Assembly (NCBI GenBank): GCA_016288295.1
Contig: JAEEYV010000027.1
Coordinates: 7,797 to 71,796 of the forward strand
DNA length: 64,000 nucleotides
Direction of reading: 5' to 3'
DNA from: Alphaproteobacteria bacterium
GTDB taxonomy: Bacteria; Pseudomonadota; Alphaproteobacteria; RF32; CAG-239
Positions 8,982-19,187 of the stretch are shown here, in pieces. The notes under the pieces are model-generated. The model made no database searches. It was not told where the DNA came from and was given only the letters and a program-made list of their open reading frames with translations. Numbering within the stretch: the stretch's first letter is position 1; every line of letters begins with the position of its first letter. A program made the position numbers and the translations under genes.

Positions 8982-8982
8982 G

Positions 8983-9951
8983 TTAAGTAACTTCGGTAAC
9001 CGCACGCAGGTTGCCATCGCGATTGATTTGTACAACTCGCAATTTATGATGCATTTCTTCTATAGTTTTGCGGCGATCAAGTGTCGGGTATGAGTGCAAT
9101 ATACGATCAGCAAAAGCTTCATATGCAGCACTGGAACTTTCAGCGTGAATGGTTGCCAGGCAGTTATCATGTCCTGATCCCATAAGCTCCCAAATTGCAC
9201 CGGCGTTGCCGGTTGAAATTTCACCGCCAATAATAGCATCTGGGGTAAAACGAACTACCAAGTCAATAATGCCTTTGTAGTCAAACTGGTTAGTTTGTCC
9301 GGTACGAGACATTACGATATGGACACGATTGGGATGTGGAACTAAAAGCTCGCGTGCATCTTCAATCGTAATAACACGTTTGTGAATATCCAAAATCTTA
9401 AGCAGGTTGTTCAAAAACGTGGTTTTACCAGTTGCTGTCGCGCCACTGACCAGAATGTGATCACCGCGTTTGATGCTAAGCAAAAGACGCTCATACGGAT
9501 CTTCTGGATCTTTTATGTTTTTCAACGGGTTAATATGGTGTAATTGCTCACCTTGTTTTAATCCATAGTCTCCAAGACCAAAAGCAACATCATCACTATG
9601 AACACGGATGGCAATAGCCACGCCTCCGGCGATATCGTCTTCATCATACATTACGTTCTTGCCGCATATAGCTGAAAAACGGTGTTCTCCGGGAATGGTA
9701 GCATAAACTACGGGAGTGCCACCAATCGGGTCGAATGGAAGTTCATATGTGTTTGCAACAATGTAAAGAAGGTCGGTCAAATATTCCTTGGTTAGTTTTT
9801 CGTCTTTGTACATAACCCAAGGATAGGCTCTTTTGCCGCGAAGGCGCAACCATACCTGCCCTGAGCGATTGATTGCAACTTCCTCAATGTTTTCCTGATT
9901 ATACCAGTAAGCCAGAGGGCGTAAAACTGATTCTAATACTTCAAAACTCAT
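8983..9951 (-). CDS. virB11: VirB11-family T4SS traffic ATPase
   Basis: 322 aa. Walker A VSGATATGKTT, then RVITIEDARELL, and His-box-like CLATIHAES. SD gggaga upstream of the ATG. Last gene of the T4SS operon. Confidence 0.85.
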   Translation of the reverse strand: MSFEVLESVLRPLAYWYNQENIEEVAINRSGQVWLRLRGKRAYPWVMYKDEKLTKEYLTDLLYIVANTYELPFDPIGGTPVVYATIPGEHRFSAICGKNVMYDEDDIAGGVAIAIRVHSDDVAFGLGDYGLKQGEQLHHINPLKNIKDPEDPYERLLLSIKRGDHILVSGATATGKTTFLNNLLKILDIHKRVITIEDARELLVPHPNRVHIVMSRTGQTNQFDYKGIIDLVVRFTPDAIIGGEISTGNAGAIWELMGSGHDNCLATIHAESSSAAYEAFADRILHSYPTLDRRKTIEEMHHKLRVVQINRDGNLRAVTEVT

Positions 9952-9963
9952 ACTTTTCTCCCT

Positions 9964-12900
9964 CTAAAACAGTTGTGGAACATCGCTGTCTTCTTCATTG
10001 TTTCGATTGTTCTGGTTGTTGTATCTGCTACTGTTGCTTTGTGACGGCGGTGGCGGTGGCGGGGTAGCTCCAACGTTGGTTCTCCCCTGGTTATCCGGAG
10101 CATATGTTACTGGGGCAGAAACCAGTGCAGGAGAAGAATCACCACTTGAAGAGTTACGTTCTTCTCCGTGTAATTTTTTATAATCCTCTTCCGTAAATAA
10201 AGAATTTTCATATTCATGACTTTCATTAGCTCCTCCTTTTTTGGCTTCATCACGAAAATCATCCATGGTTTTAAGCCATAAATCAACTTTAGGAAAAACA
10301 ATAATTCTGGTGCCGGCAGGAACAACTACGACAGATTTTGTCTTCATGTAATCATTAAGCATATCCTCAAACATTTGTTTGGTGTCGTCTAAGAAATTTT
10401 GTCGTGCATCATTGGTGGCCTGTTGTTTTGAAGTTTCAGAGCTGTTTTCTCCTCCTTTAGAACTGTCTTCGGTTGAGAACAGAACACTTATGCCATTGGT
10501 AATAATTGATGTTACTAACGGCGTTGAATATTTTTTAACCAGTTGACGATCCAGATAACCCAATACCCCTCCTCGACCTTGAGCATCGCCAGTTTTAGCC
10601 GAACTCAAATCAAACATAACACCTTTAGGAGTAATCAATCTTTCCCAGATAATACTGATACGAGCAGAATTCTGACCTCCACTCTCTCCTCCGGTACTAC
10701 CGATTAAATGACTACCAGCAGGGATAATAACGTTTCGACCATCTTCAGCATATACGTTACGTTCAACGTAGGCAGTAACCGGTGCCTCATGTTCAGTATC
10801 AATAGGTCTTGAAATTACTGCCGGAATCGGTTTGTCAGCTAAAATCATCATATCCATATCAACCGGAAGGGTTGAAACAACCTTAGCAATTCCCCAATCT
10901 TTTTGTTTGCCATCAAAATATTCACGACTGAAAGTAGTACTTTTTGAACCGACAAACATACCTTGGCGACGAATTGCTTGGGCTTGTTGATTTGCAACTT
11001 GTTGTCCCGGTGTAGCAGGCGTTTGTTCAAGGCAATCATCACCGAGGCCATGTGCTTCGCAATATCCCTTATTTCCAGGAACAAAGACATTTGATGCTCC
11101 GGGTTTTGGAGCTACCGGTGTTCCGGGTTCTTCCGGCACCTCATCTAAAGGAATTCTTATACGACGTCCGCGAACTTCTCCTGTCTCAGGATCATGCACA
11201 AGATCTCCCTCCACAACGCCTTCAATTTTTCCGGTTTTAGGATTGATTACTTTATCTTGCACAATATCACCAAGATAATTTCCATTTAAATCAAGAGCAA
11301 TATTTGCAGAACGTTTATAATCTCTTTCTTCCAGAGGACGACTACCAACTTTCGGAAGGGGTTCAGAAGAAGATGGTTTTTCTTTTTCGGGATGTTTGAA
11401 CCAATCAAGATGACCGATTACAACTCCGCTTGCATCAACAGCTTTTCCGTCTTTTTCAAGAATTGCAACAATATTTCCATTCTCATCGACAACTTGTCCT
11501 TTCCCATTGTCATATCCCATTGGATTTCCTTCTTTATCATAGACCAGTTTTCTTTTATCAGGTATATAATATTGTAACGGAGTAGCTTTAGCAATAATCT
11601 CCCCCTCCGGATTGATAATATTTCCCTCTTCACCAAGGCTTCCGACAACTTCACCGGTTTGTGAAATTACGTTACCATTTAGCATTAACTCACCAATGAT
11701 ATCATTGTTTTTATTACGTATATGAAAATCACGATTTCCGCGCCCCAAAAGTTCCTGTGAATTGCTTACGGCAAAACCGTGAATTGATTTGGCCAAGTGT
11801 TGATTTGAAAATGATATAATCCCACCGTCAGGGGCAATATAACCTATTGCATTGTTATTGTCGTTATATACGTAAATATCATACAAAGCGTAGCCTATGT
11901 TTTTGTTACCGGACTTAACATTTCCATCAAAATCAACTGAACCTATATTTTTGCCCTGGGAGTCAATAACTTCGCCTTTGTCATTAACTGTTCCCATTAA
12001 TCTGTTAGCATTATTAAAAGCATACCTGTATCTGAACAACATTCCTAAATGAGAGGATGTTTTTGAGTTAACACTATCATCCGGCATAACGTATCCAATA
12101 TCCTGATTATTGTTGTCGATAACTCTACCGTCTAACATACTGCGCCCGACAATTTTATTGTTGAAATCAATAACCGGAACAATCGATACTATTTTGCCGA
12201 TGAGAGATTTTTGCTTATTATAAAGACGGTTTTGACTGTTAATACAGCCGAGATTATCATTTGCATAATTAAGGACACGACCGTCAGATGATGTTGTCCC
12301 GACAGGTTTACCGCCAAAATCAATAATAACTCCGCGAGAAACACCAAAGCCGATAATCGCACCATTATCAGAAATCACTTGAGAATTAGGTAATATTCTA
12401 CCCATATTAACCTCACGGTAGTTCTTAACCTCACCTGTCGGCGTAATTGTTCCAACTAATTCGCATTTGTCATTAACTACTGACATAAAATCAACAGCTT
12501 CACCAACAGCAGCACCACTGTTATCAAAAATTATGCCACTTGAGTTGACTTTGCCGATTGTTGAAGCTCCACTATCCTTGACTTGTCCTTGATTATCTAT
12601 AATGCCAATTATTTTTCCGTCATATGACATTGCCAGACGAGCCGGAGAGCCAAAACCATTAACCGGCATATATGAAGCTTTTTCAGACCAAGCAACAACA
12701 CTATTATCAGGCAATACCTTGCCTATGGGGTGCAATCCTTTATTTAAAACCTGGTTTCCGTCTGCCAAAATGCCTACACTTTGTCCAGTAGAGGTAACTG
12801 CATAAACAGTATTGATTTTACCTCCAAGTACGGAATTATGTTCGTCAATATTGTAACCATATTGGGTTAGATGTCCTCCTTGAGATATCCCGTTGTTAAT

Positions 12901-14274
12901 AATATCACCATTAGGCGAGATTGCACCGACAGATTTTCCTCCAAGGTCAAAAATTGAACCGAGAGAAAATGCGTTACCGTCTATTTTACCATCTGAGGTA
13001 TAAACATATCCAAGCGGTGAAATTATGCGGTTGTCATTACCGACGGATATTGTGCTATTAATACCGGTGATTCCAAGTGCTTGGTTGTTACCATTAAATA
13101 TAACTTTATTTTTTAAGACTGCACCTATAATGCTTCCGCTACTACTAACTGCGAAATCACCTCGTATTGTGCCTAAAGGAGCACCACCAACAGTTACGAC
13201 TTGTCCATTTTTAAGAGAATGACCTCGCAATTCTCCGCGATAATCAAAAATTGGACCTGTTTGAATTAGTTGGCCAATTTGTTTGCCTTCTTTGTCATAT
13301 ATAACATTCCATGGACCAAGCTGTCCTATAATATCTGTACCTTTAGCAATCTTTCCTTCCGGCATAACCCGACCTAAATATTGTCCGGAACTATCTGCCG
13401 CAGTTGATGCAATATCGACCATAAAACCTATTATATTGCCTTTTGTATCAGCAATATTTCCATCAGATTGGAGATAACCGATTAATTTTTCACCATTGAT
13501 TACCTCACCATTAAATGTAACCAATCCAATATATTTTCCGGCATTGCTAAATGCGTATCCTGAACGAACTACACTACCGATAACTTTATTGTCTGAATTA
13601 TATGCAAGGCCGTTTGCCTTAATAAAACCAATCTGTTTGCCATCAAAATCAGTTATTTTTCCGCCCGGAGAAACGTTGCCGATAAATTTTCCTGCTAAAT
13701 CAATAACCATTTTTGAGGAAACAAGGCGTCCATCTAAAACGTAATCATTACCTGAACGTCTGTAAGCATATCCGTCAGATGAAACAAAACCTATATTTTG
13801 CCCTTGAAGGTTGGTATATACACCGTCCCCTGTAAGCCGTCCTACCGTTTTGCCGTCATCTGCATAAATCAGCCCAGGAAATAATACTGCACCTAAAATA
13901 TCAAATTTTTCATCAACAACCAAGCCATTAGGAAGAACTTTGCCGACAATTTTTCCGGTTGCCAGGCGTACAGCTCCGTCAGAGCTAACTTTTCCCAACA
14001 TACGATTATCATTACCTATGGCAACACCTTGCGGAACAACACCGCCGATAAGTTTGCCGGATGAGTTAAGAATCAAACTATCTGCCGTAATATTCCCAAT
14101 AAGGCGATTGTCAAAACTTACAACTTTGCCATCTGGAATAACTTTTCCAATTAATGCACCATTAAAATCAATAGCAGTAATTTCTTGTGCCGACGCAAGG
14201 TTAACATTGGCAAAAATCATTGCAAAAACAAAAAGCAATATGTTTTTAAATTTGCTGTTTACCTTTGACGTCAA
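9964..14274 (-). CDS. virB10: Giant VirB10 homolog: signal/anchor, ~900 aa of D-x-x-G-x-x-I-G repeats, Pro-rich linker, VirB10/TrbI C-terminal domain, and a Pro/Asn-rich tail
   Basis: TTG start 8 nt after the SD ggagg. VirB10 core at about nt 10270-10960 (…IIPAGSHLIGSTGG…GDAQGRGGVLGYLDRQLVKKY…TRIIVFPKVDLWL). Pro-rich segments (EKPSSSEPLPKVGSRP, EEPGTPVAPKPG). Repeats at about nt 11390-14190. Confidence 0.8.
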   Translation of the reverse strand: MTSKVNSKFKNILLFVFAMIFANVNLASAQEITAIDFNGALIGKVIPDGKVVSFDNRLIGNITADSLILNSSGKLIGGVVPQGVAIGNDNRMLGKVSSDGAVRLATGKIVGKVLPNGLVVDEKFDILGAVLFPGLIYADDGKTVGRLTGDGVYTNLQGQNIGFVSSDGYAYRRSGNDYVLDGRLVSSKMVIDLAGKFIGNVSPGGKITDFDGKQIGFIKANGLAYNSDNKVIGSVVRSGYAFSNAGKYIGLVTFNGEVINGEKLIGYLQSDGNIADTKGNIIGFMVDIASTAADSSGQYLGRVMPEGKIAKGTDIIGQLGPWNVIYDKEGKQIGQLIQTGPIFDYRGELRGHSLKNGQVVTVGGAPLGTIRGDFAVSSSGSIIGAVLKNKVIFNGNNQALGITGINSTISVGNDNRIISPLGYVYTSDGKIDGNAFSLGSIFDLGGKSVGAISPNGDIINNGISQGGHLTQYGYNIDEHNSVLGGKINTVYAVTSTGQSVGILADGNQVLNKGLHPIGKVLPDNSVVAWSEKASYMPVNGFGSPARLAMSYDGKIIGIIDNQGQVKDSGASTIGKVNSSGIIFDNSGAAVGEAVDFMSVVNDKCELVGTITPTGEVKNYREVNMGRILPNSQVISDNGAIIGFGVSRGVIIDFGGKPVGTTSSDGRVLNYANDNLGCINSQNRLYNKQKSLIGKIVSIVPVIDFNNKIVGRSMLDGRVIDNNNQDIGYVMPDDSVNSKTSSHLGMLFRYRYAFNNANRLMGTVNDKGEVIDSQGKNIGSVDFDGNVKSGNKNIGYALYDIYVYNDNNNAIGYIAPDGGIISFSNQHLAKSIHGFAVSNSQELLGRGNRDFHIRNKNNDIIGELMLNGNVISQTGEVVGSLGEEGNIINPEGEIIAKATPLQYYIPDKRKLVYDKEGNPMGYDNGKGQVVDENGNIVAILEKDGKAVDASGVVIGHLDWFKHPEKEKPSSSEPLPKVGSRPLEERDYKRSANIALDLNGNYLGDIVQDKVINPKTGKIEGVVEGDLVHDPETGEVRGRRIRIPLDEVPEEPGTPVAPKPGASNVFVPGNKGYCEAHGLGDDCLEQTPATPGQQVANQQAQAIRRQGMFVGSKSTTFSREYFDGKQKDWGIAKVVSTLPVDMDMMILADKPIPAVISRPIDTEHEAPVTAYVERNVYAEDGRNVIIPAGSHLIGSTGGESGGQNSARISIIWERLITPKGVMFDLSSAKTGDAQGRGGVLGYLDRQLVKKYSTPLVTSIITNGISVLFSTEDSSKGGENSSETSKQQATNDARQNFLDDTKQMFEDMLNDYMKTKSVVVVPAGTRIIVFPKVDLWLKTMDDFRDEAKKGGANESHEYENSLFTEEDYKKLHGEERNSSSGDSSPALVSAPVTYAPDNQGRTNVGATPPPPPPSQSNSSRYNNQNNRNNEEDSDVPQLF

Positions 14275-14276
14275 TT

Positions 14277-17200
14277 TTAGTTCCTCCGATTTTTTGCTAC
14301 TTCTTGCAAAGCATATCCGGCAACACGTTTATCCAGATTAATAAATGAGCCGTTACTCTTCATATACCCGATAATTTTATTGTTGGTATCAACTACTGAT
14401 CCGTCAGAGGCCAGGCGACCAACGTATCGACCGGTATTACCGAGAATAGTGGTTCCAATTTTATAAATACGCCCCAAAATTTCATCTTCGTTATCTACCG
14501 CTAAATCGGTTGATAAAACTCGACCGATGACAGATCCACGATGATCAATAACCATGCCATTGGCTGCAATATAACCAACAACTTTGTCCTCATTGTTTAT
14601 AACTAAATCACCATCAACGATTTCACCTATAAGTTTTCCTGAATTATTGAGCACATTACCGTCAGACAAAGATCTACCCATTTTTATGTTCGTAGTATCG
14701 ATAATTGAACCGTCAGGCATAACCGAGCCAACAACTTTTCCGGCAAAATCAATAACTGTTCCACGTTTAGCAAGACTCAAGTTCTTATCTGTAGAACCTC
14801 CGGGAAGAATAGCTGTTATGTTTTTACCATTTAAATCAATGACATCTCCGACCGAGTTTGTGTAACCCTTGTAAGATCCCCAAACATCCATAACAATTCC
14901 TTCGGGAATTATCTCTCCGATTATAACAGATTTGTTATTCAAAACCTTGCTATCAGGAGTGCTACGACCAACGGTTTTTCCATCAAGAGCAATTATGCGA
15001 CCATCAGATAAACCATAACCAAGGAAGGAACCATCATAACCTATTGCTGACCCTCTTCTTATAATGCCACCTTTAAGATTGCCTTTGTTGTCAAAATAGT
15101 ATCCTTTGGCATCAAGGCGACCGAGTTTTTCACCAAAACGATTTATTACTTCACTATTATAAACTGCCATACCTATGATTTTGCCACTAAAATCAGCAAC
15201 TTTTCCGGTAAATGCTTGGTACCCAGGAACATTATTGTAAAATGCGGCGCCATCACCATAAAGCTTACCAACAGATGCACCTTTACCATCGTAAACATTG
15301 CCGTCAGGAAATAAATGCCCTAATATTTTGCCCTGGTGATCAATTAGTGTGGTTCTGTTCGGCATTGCAACGCCAATAATTTTGCTGTTTTCATCAATAA
15401 CAGCATTGTTAGGCAACAAACGCCCCGAAGTCTGTCCACGGATAGGGACACGTGCTGCAGAATTAACCATACCGATAAAGTTACCTTCTAAATCGTAGGC
15501 ATTGGTGTTTTGCAGTATATGACCAATGTACGCACCTTTTTTATCAAAAATGTCACCATATGTGCCAACACAACCAACCGGTTTGGCTTGTTGCGACAAA
15601 ACAAGACCGTTCTCGTTTACCAGACCCAACAGGTTACCATCATAAGAAACGGCAACTCCTGAACGGGCAACTCCACCTATAATATCACCTTTTTCATTTA
15701 ATACTGTACCATCAGGATTAATGCAACCAACGTAGTTGCCATTTTGGCGGACTATGCCATCGGTTTCAACTTCGCCGATTTTGGTACACGAATCGTCAAA
15801 AACAGGACCTGGAACTACAACTTCACCAATATAATTACCACTTTCATCAACTACTATGCCATCGACATTAACTTTATAGCCGGTTTCTTGATTTGATTTA
15901 CGAACAATACCGTCTTTTTCAAGATACCCAATATTTTTGCACCCTTGGCCGACTACAAGACCACCGCGGACCATACGTGCAACAATATTGGAGCCATTAG
16001 GATTTTTTACCAACCCATTGGATAATACTCTACCTACAATCTGCTTTTGACTATTCTCAATTGTACCATTATTGTTAACAATTCCAAGTACTTCTCCTTT
16101 GGGAGTAATAGGTATCATTTGGTCTTGAACAAGATGTCCGACGATATTAGACGTATTAGTCACTATACGACCGTCTGCATCTATTGAACCAATGACATTA
16201 CCGTTGACATCAAAAACTTCACCATCATTTCCAATATAACCGGTAATTTTGTTGTTTTTATCCAACAGAAGTTTGGCAAAATCGCCAACCTCTCCTATTT
16301 CTTGTCCATCAGCAGTAATAATCTTGCCTGATGGGGCCATTTTTCCTAAAACATTGCCGTTAAAATCAATTGCATTGCCATTTTCATCAACATAACCGAT
16401 AACTTTACCGCTTTTGTCGTACGCCAGTTGTTTGGGAGTTGTACCCGTACTGCCAATAATCCTCCCATCGTCATCAACTACCGTACCATCATTAAGTAAT
16501 TTACCAATTTTATTACCGTCAAAATCATGGACAACACCTTGATCATCAACATATCCAATAGCATTACCTTTTTGACCGTAAGCAAGGCGATATCCTTGTT
16601 CTTTGGTATCACCAACTTTACCGATTACATTACCTCTGTCATCAACAATCGCACCGTCTTCAAGTAACTTACCGATTTCTCTACCGTTCACATCGCGGAC
16701 GGAACCTTGATCATCAACAAAACCTATGATTTTGCCATCAGGACTATATGCCAGACGGTAATTTTTCTCATTATCACCACCGGATTTACCAATTACATTG
16801 CCTCTGTCATCGACAATCGTACCGTCTTCAAGTAACTTACCGATTTCTCTACCATTCACATCATGGACGGAACCTTGATCATCAACAAAACCTATGATTT
16901 TGCCATCAGCATCACGAGCGAGATGAAATCCTTTTTCGTTAATTTCTCCGGCCTTTCCGATAATATTACCTTCATTATCAACAATTGAACCATCGTTACG
17001 CATATTGCCAATTTCTTCACCATTTATGTCATATACAATACCGTTATCATCAATATAACCTATGTTATTGCCATTGCTATCATAAGCTAAAGCTTTAACA
17101 TTTGATTCATTATCAACATTAGCTATAACCTTGCCATTTGCATCAACAATCGCCCCGCCAGAAGATACTTTGCCGACTACTTTGCCATCAAAATCATGAA

Positions 17201-19187
17201 CATCACCATTTTCATCGACGTAACCAATGGCGTTGCCATCATTATCATAGGCTAATGCTTTGATGTCAGATGTTTTGCCAACATTGGCTATAACTTTGCC
17301 GTTTGCATCAACAATCGCCCCGCCAGAAGATACTTTGCCTATTGTATTTCCTTTGAAATCATGGACTTCTCCATCTTTATCTACGTAGCCTATAACTTTG
17401 CCATCATTATCATAGGCTAATGCTTTGATGTCAGACGTTTTGCCAACATTGGCTATAACTTTGCCGTTTGCATCAACAATCGCCCCGCCAGAAGATACTT
17501 TGCCGACTACTTTGCCATCAAAATCATGAACATCACCATTTTCATCGACGTAACCAATGGCGTTGCCATCATTATCATAGGCTAATGCTTTGAACTTTGA
17601 ACTTTTATCGCTATTGGGGGCTGCATGACCAATAACATTGCCTGCTCCATCAACAATGGTTCCATTTGAAGAAACCGTACCTATTTTTTTGCCGTCAGCG
17701 CCAATAACATTATTTGCATTATCAACATATCCTATAACTTTTCCGTCATTATCATAAGCCAACAAAGCGCCAGAAGTTGTTAACTTATTACCGTTTTTAT
17801 CAATTATTGTTCCGTCAGGACGAATCCTTCCTATAGAATTGCCTTGAAAATCACGGGCTGTACCATCGTCATCAACATAGCCGACGACTTTACCAGAAGA
17901 ATCTCGAACTAATTTGCGGTCAACACTACGTGACGGATTTTTTTTGCTTGCAATAACATTGCCATTTTTATCAACACTACCGACGATTTCTCCGTCAGCA
18001 TCGACTACTGTGCCATCAGGCATGACAACGCCGACTATATTGCCGTTTTCATCGACCGCTACTCTGCCGGTTTTATTAACGTGTCCTATGGTGCTGCCAG
18101 TACTATCAACAACTTCCCCTTTATCGTTTAACCGTCCTATAACGTTATCACTCATATCGGTTACAGTACCGTCAGCCATAACTTGTCCGATAATATTGCC
18201 AGCATCATCGTAAACATATCCCATGTCAACAGCACGTCCGATAACATCACCATCATTATTGACTACCGTACCATCAGGCAACATGCGACCGGTAACATTA
18301 TTATTAAGGTCAACTACCGAACCATCGGGATTAACATAACCTATGACGTTGCCTTTATCATCAAAAACCAATTTGCGATTGTTGGCAATTCCAATAATAT
18401 TGCCTTCGCCATCAATAGCCAGTCCGGTTTCATTAATACGACCGATAACATTGCCTTTATCATCGTGGACATAACCACTTTCGTCTGCATATCCGATAAT
18501 TGTGCCATCGGGGCCAACTACGGCTCGGGTCATTGTTTTGCCGTCTGTGCCGGAAGAGAACTTGCCAGAAGATGTGTCTTCTATTGTTTCACAAAAATTG
18601 CAGTCTTCTTTAGTTACAGCATTACCATAAACCGGAACTTTTGCAGACTTTGAACTTGTTTGTGCAAGGTGGGTTTCGTGCCAGGAAATAATGAAATTAT
18701 TTTGGACGTTTCCTGTAACTACTGGTGTCCAAGACATAGTAATATCACAAGTTTCGGAACCATGAAGCGTTTTGCCGGAACATTTTTCTGTATATTTAAA
18801 ACCATCAAAAGGGGCTTCGGCTAGTTTAACTTCTGTTATATTTATAGAAGCTTTACCATTTGTACCGACAGTTAAAACATTTTTGGCATCAGTTCCTACA
18901 AGGACTTGTCCCAAGGGGACAGGATTGGGTGTTGTAGTTATTGGGGGAGTACCATCATCCGGTGTAGAAAATTGAATTTCAGCACTAGGAGCAGTAGTAG
19001 TTTCGTCCGGAAAAGCGGTATCATTTTCAGGAAACTCAATAGAAGCTTCATCTTTTTTATCTCCGTTTGAAAACAGGAGATAAACGCCCAACAGAAAAAT
19101 AATAAAAGAAGTGATACCAACCGCAAGAATTATGCGGTTGGTCTTTTTTATGTAACTTTCCGAATGTGTTAAAACTTCTTTACTCAT
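14277..19187 (-). CDS. 1636-aa membrane-anchored repeat protein (N-terminal TM, Ig/ASH-like Cys-containing domain, then ~1400 aa of the repeat also found in VirB10); T4SS-associated, function unknown
   Basis: The ATG overlaps the virB9 stop (ATGA at 19184-19187), and the stop lies 2 nt before the virB10 start. TM segment IILAVGITSFIIFLLGVYLLF. Repeats resemble VDENGNIVGVVMPDGTVVDADGEIVGSVDKNGNVI throughout. Confidence 0.75.
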   Translation of the reverse strand: MSKEVLTHSESYIKKTNRIILAVGITSFIIFLLGVYLLFSNGDKKDEASIEFPENDTAFPDETTTAPSAEIQFSTPDDGTPPITTTPNPVPLGQVLVGTDAKNVLTVGTNGKASINITEVKLAEAPFDGFKYTEKCSGKTLHGSETCDITMSWTPVVTGNVQNNFIISWHETHLAQTSSKSAKVPVYGNAVTKEDCNFCETIEDTSSGKFSSGTDGKTMTRAVVGPDGTIIGYADESGYVHDDKGNVIGRINETGLAIDGEGNIIGIANNRKLVFDDKGNVIGYVNPDGSVVDLNNNVTGRMLPDGTVVNNDGDVIGRAVDMGYVYDDAGNIIGQVMADGTVTDMSDNVIGRLNDKGEVVDSTGSTIGHVNKTGRVAVDENGNIVGVVMPDGTVVDADGEIVGSVDKNGNVIASKKNPSRSVDRKLVRDSSGKVVGYVDDDGTARDFQGNSIGRIRPDGTIIDKNGNKLTTSGALLAYDNDGKVIGYVDNANNVIGADGKKIGTVSSNGTIVDGAGNVIGHAAPNSDKSSKFKALAYDNDGNAIGYVDENGDVHDFDGKVVGKVSSGGAIVDANGKVIANVGKTSDIKALAYDNDGKVIGYVDKDGEVHDFKGNTIGKVSSGGAIVDANGKVIANVGKTSDIKALAYDNDGNAIGYVDENGDVHDFDGKVVGKVSSGGAIVDANGKVIANVDNESNVKALAYDSNGNNIGYIDDNGIVYDINGEEIGNMRNDGSIVDNEGNIIGKAGEINEKGFHLARDADGKIIGFVDDQGSVHDVNGREIGKLLEDGTIVDDRGNVIGKSGGDNEKNYRLAYSPDGKIIGFVDDQGSVRDVNGREIGKLLEDGAIVDDRGNVIGKVGDTKEQGYRLAYGQKGNAIGYVDDQGVVHDFDGNKIGKLLNDGTVVDDDGRIIGSTGTTPKQLAYDKSGKVIGYVDENGNAIDFNGNVLGKMAPSGKIITADGQEIGEVGDFAKLLLDKNNKITGYIGNDGEVFDVNGNVIGSIDADGRIVTNTSNIVGHLVQDQMIPITPKGEVLGIVNNNGTIENSQKQIVGRVLSNGLVKNPNGSNIVARMVRGGLVVGQGCKNIGYLEKDGIVRKSNQETGYKVNVDGIVVDESGNYIGEVVVPGPVFDDSCTKIGEVETDGIVRQNGNYVGCINPDGTVLNEKGDIIGGVARSGVAVSYDGNLLGLVNENGLVLSQQAKPVGCVGTYGDIFDKKGAYIGHILQNTNAYDLEGNFIGMVNSAARVPIRGQTSGRLLPNNAVIDENSKIIGVAMPNRTTLIDHQGKILGHLFPDGNVYDGKGASVGKLYGDGAAFYNNVPGYQAFTGKVADFSGKIIGMAVYNSEVINRFGEKLGRLDAKGYYFDNKGNLKGGIIRRGSAIGYDGSFLGYGLSDGRIIALDGKTVGRSTPDSKVLNNKSVIIGEIIPEGIVMDVWGSYKGYTNSVGDVIDLNGKNITAILPGGSTDKNLSLAKRGTVIDFAGKVVGSVMPDGSIIDTTNIKMGRSLSDGNVLNNSGKLIGEIVDGDLVINNEDKVVGYIAANGMVIDHRGSVIGRVLSTDLAVDNEDEILGRIYKIGTTILGNTGRYVGRLASDGSVVDTNNKIIGYMKSNGSFINLDKRVAGYALQEVAKNRRN
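16430..17595 (-). repeat. In-frame tandem DNA repeats inside the 1636-aa gene: three 165-bp units (17101-17595) and about four ~168-171-bp units (16430-17100)
   Basis: 103 bp are identical at 17161-17263 and 17491-17593 (330-bp offset); including the preceding 30 bp (17131-17160 vs 17461-17490, one mismatch) gives ~133 bp. ttgccgtttgcatcaacaatcgccccgccagaagatactttgcc recurs at 165-bp spacing. The 16633 and 16801 units are near-identical (168-bp offset). Confidence 0.9.

Noticed and set aside
13940-14341. 133-aa plus-strand ORF, and many similar 60-160-aa plus-strand ORFs (e.g. 12602-12805, 13496-13744, 14584-14865, 17914-18213, 18183-18653), antisense to the giant repeat genes
   Set aside because: They lie entirely inside much longer, well-supported minus-strand ORFs. 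Their translations are low-complexity mirror images of the repeat (Pro/Ser/Thr/Ile-rich). They have no SD sequences. They are shadow ORFs created by the biased repeat codons.
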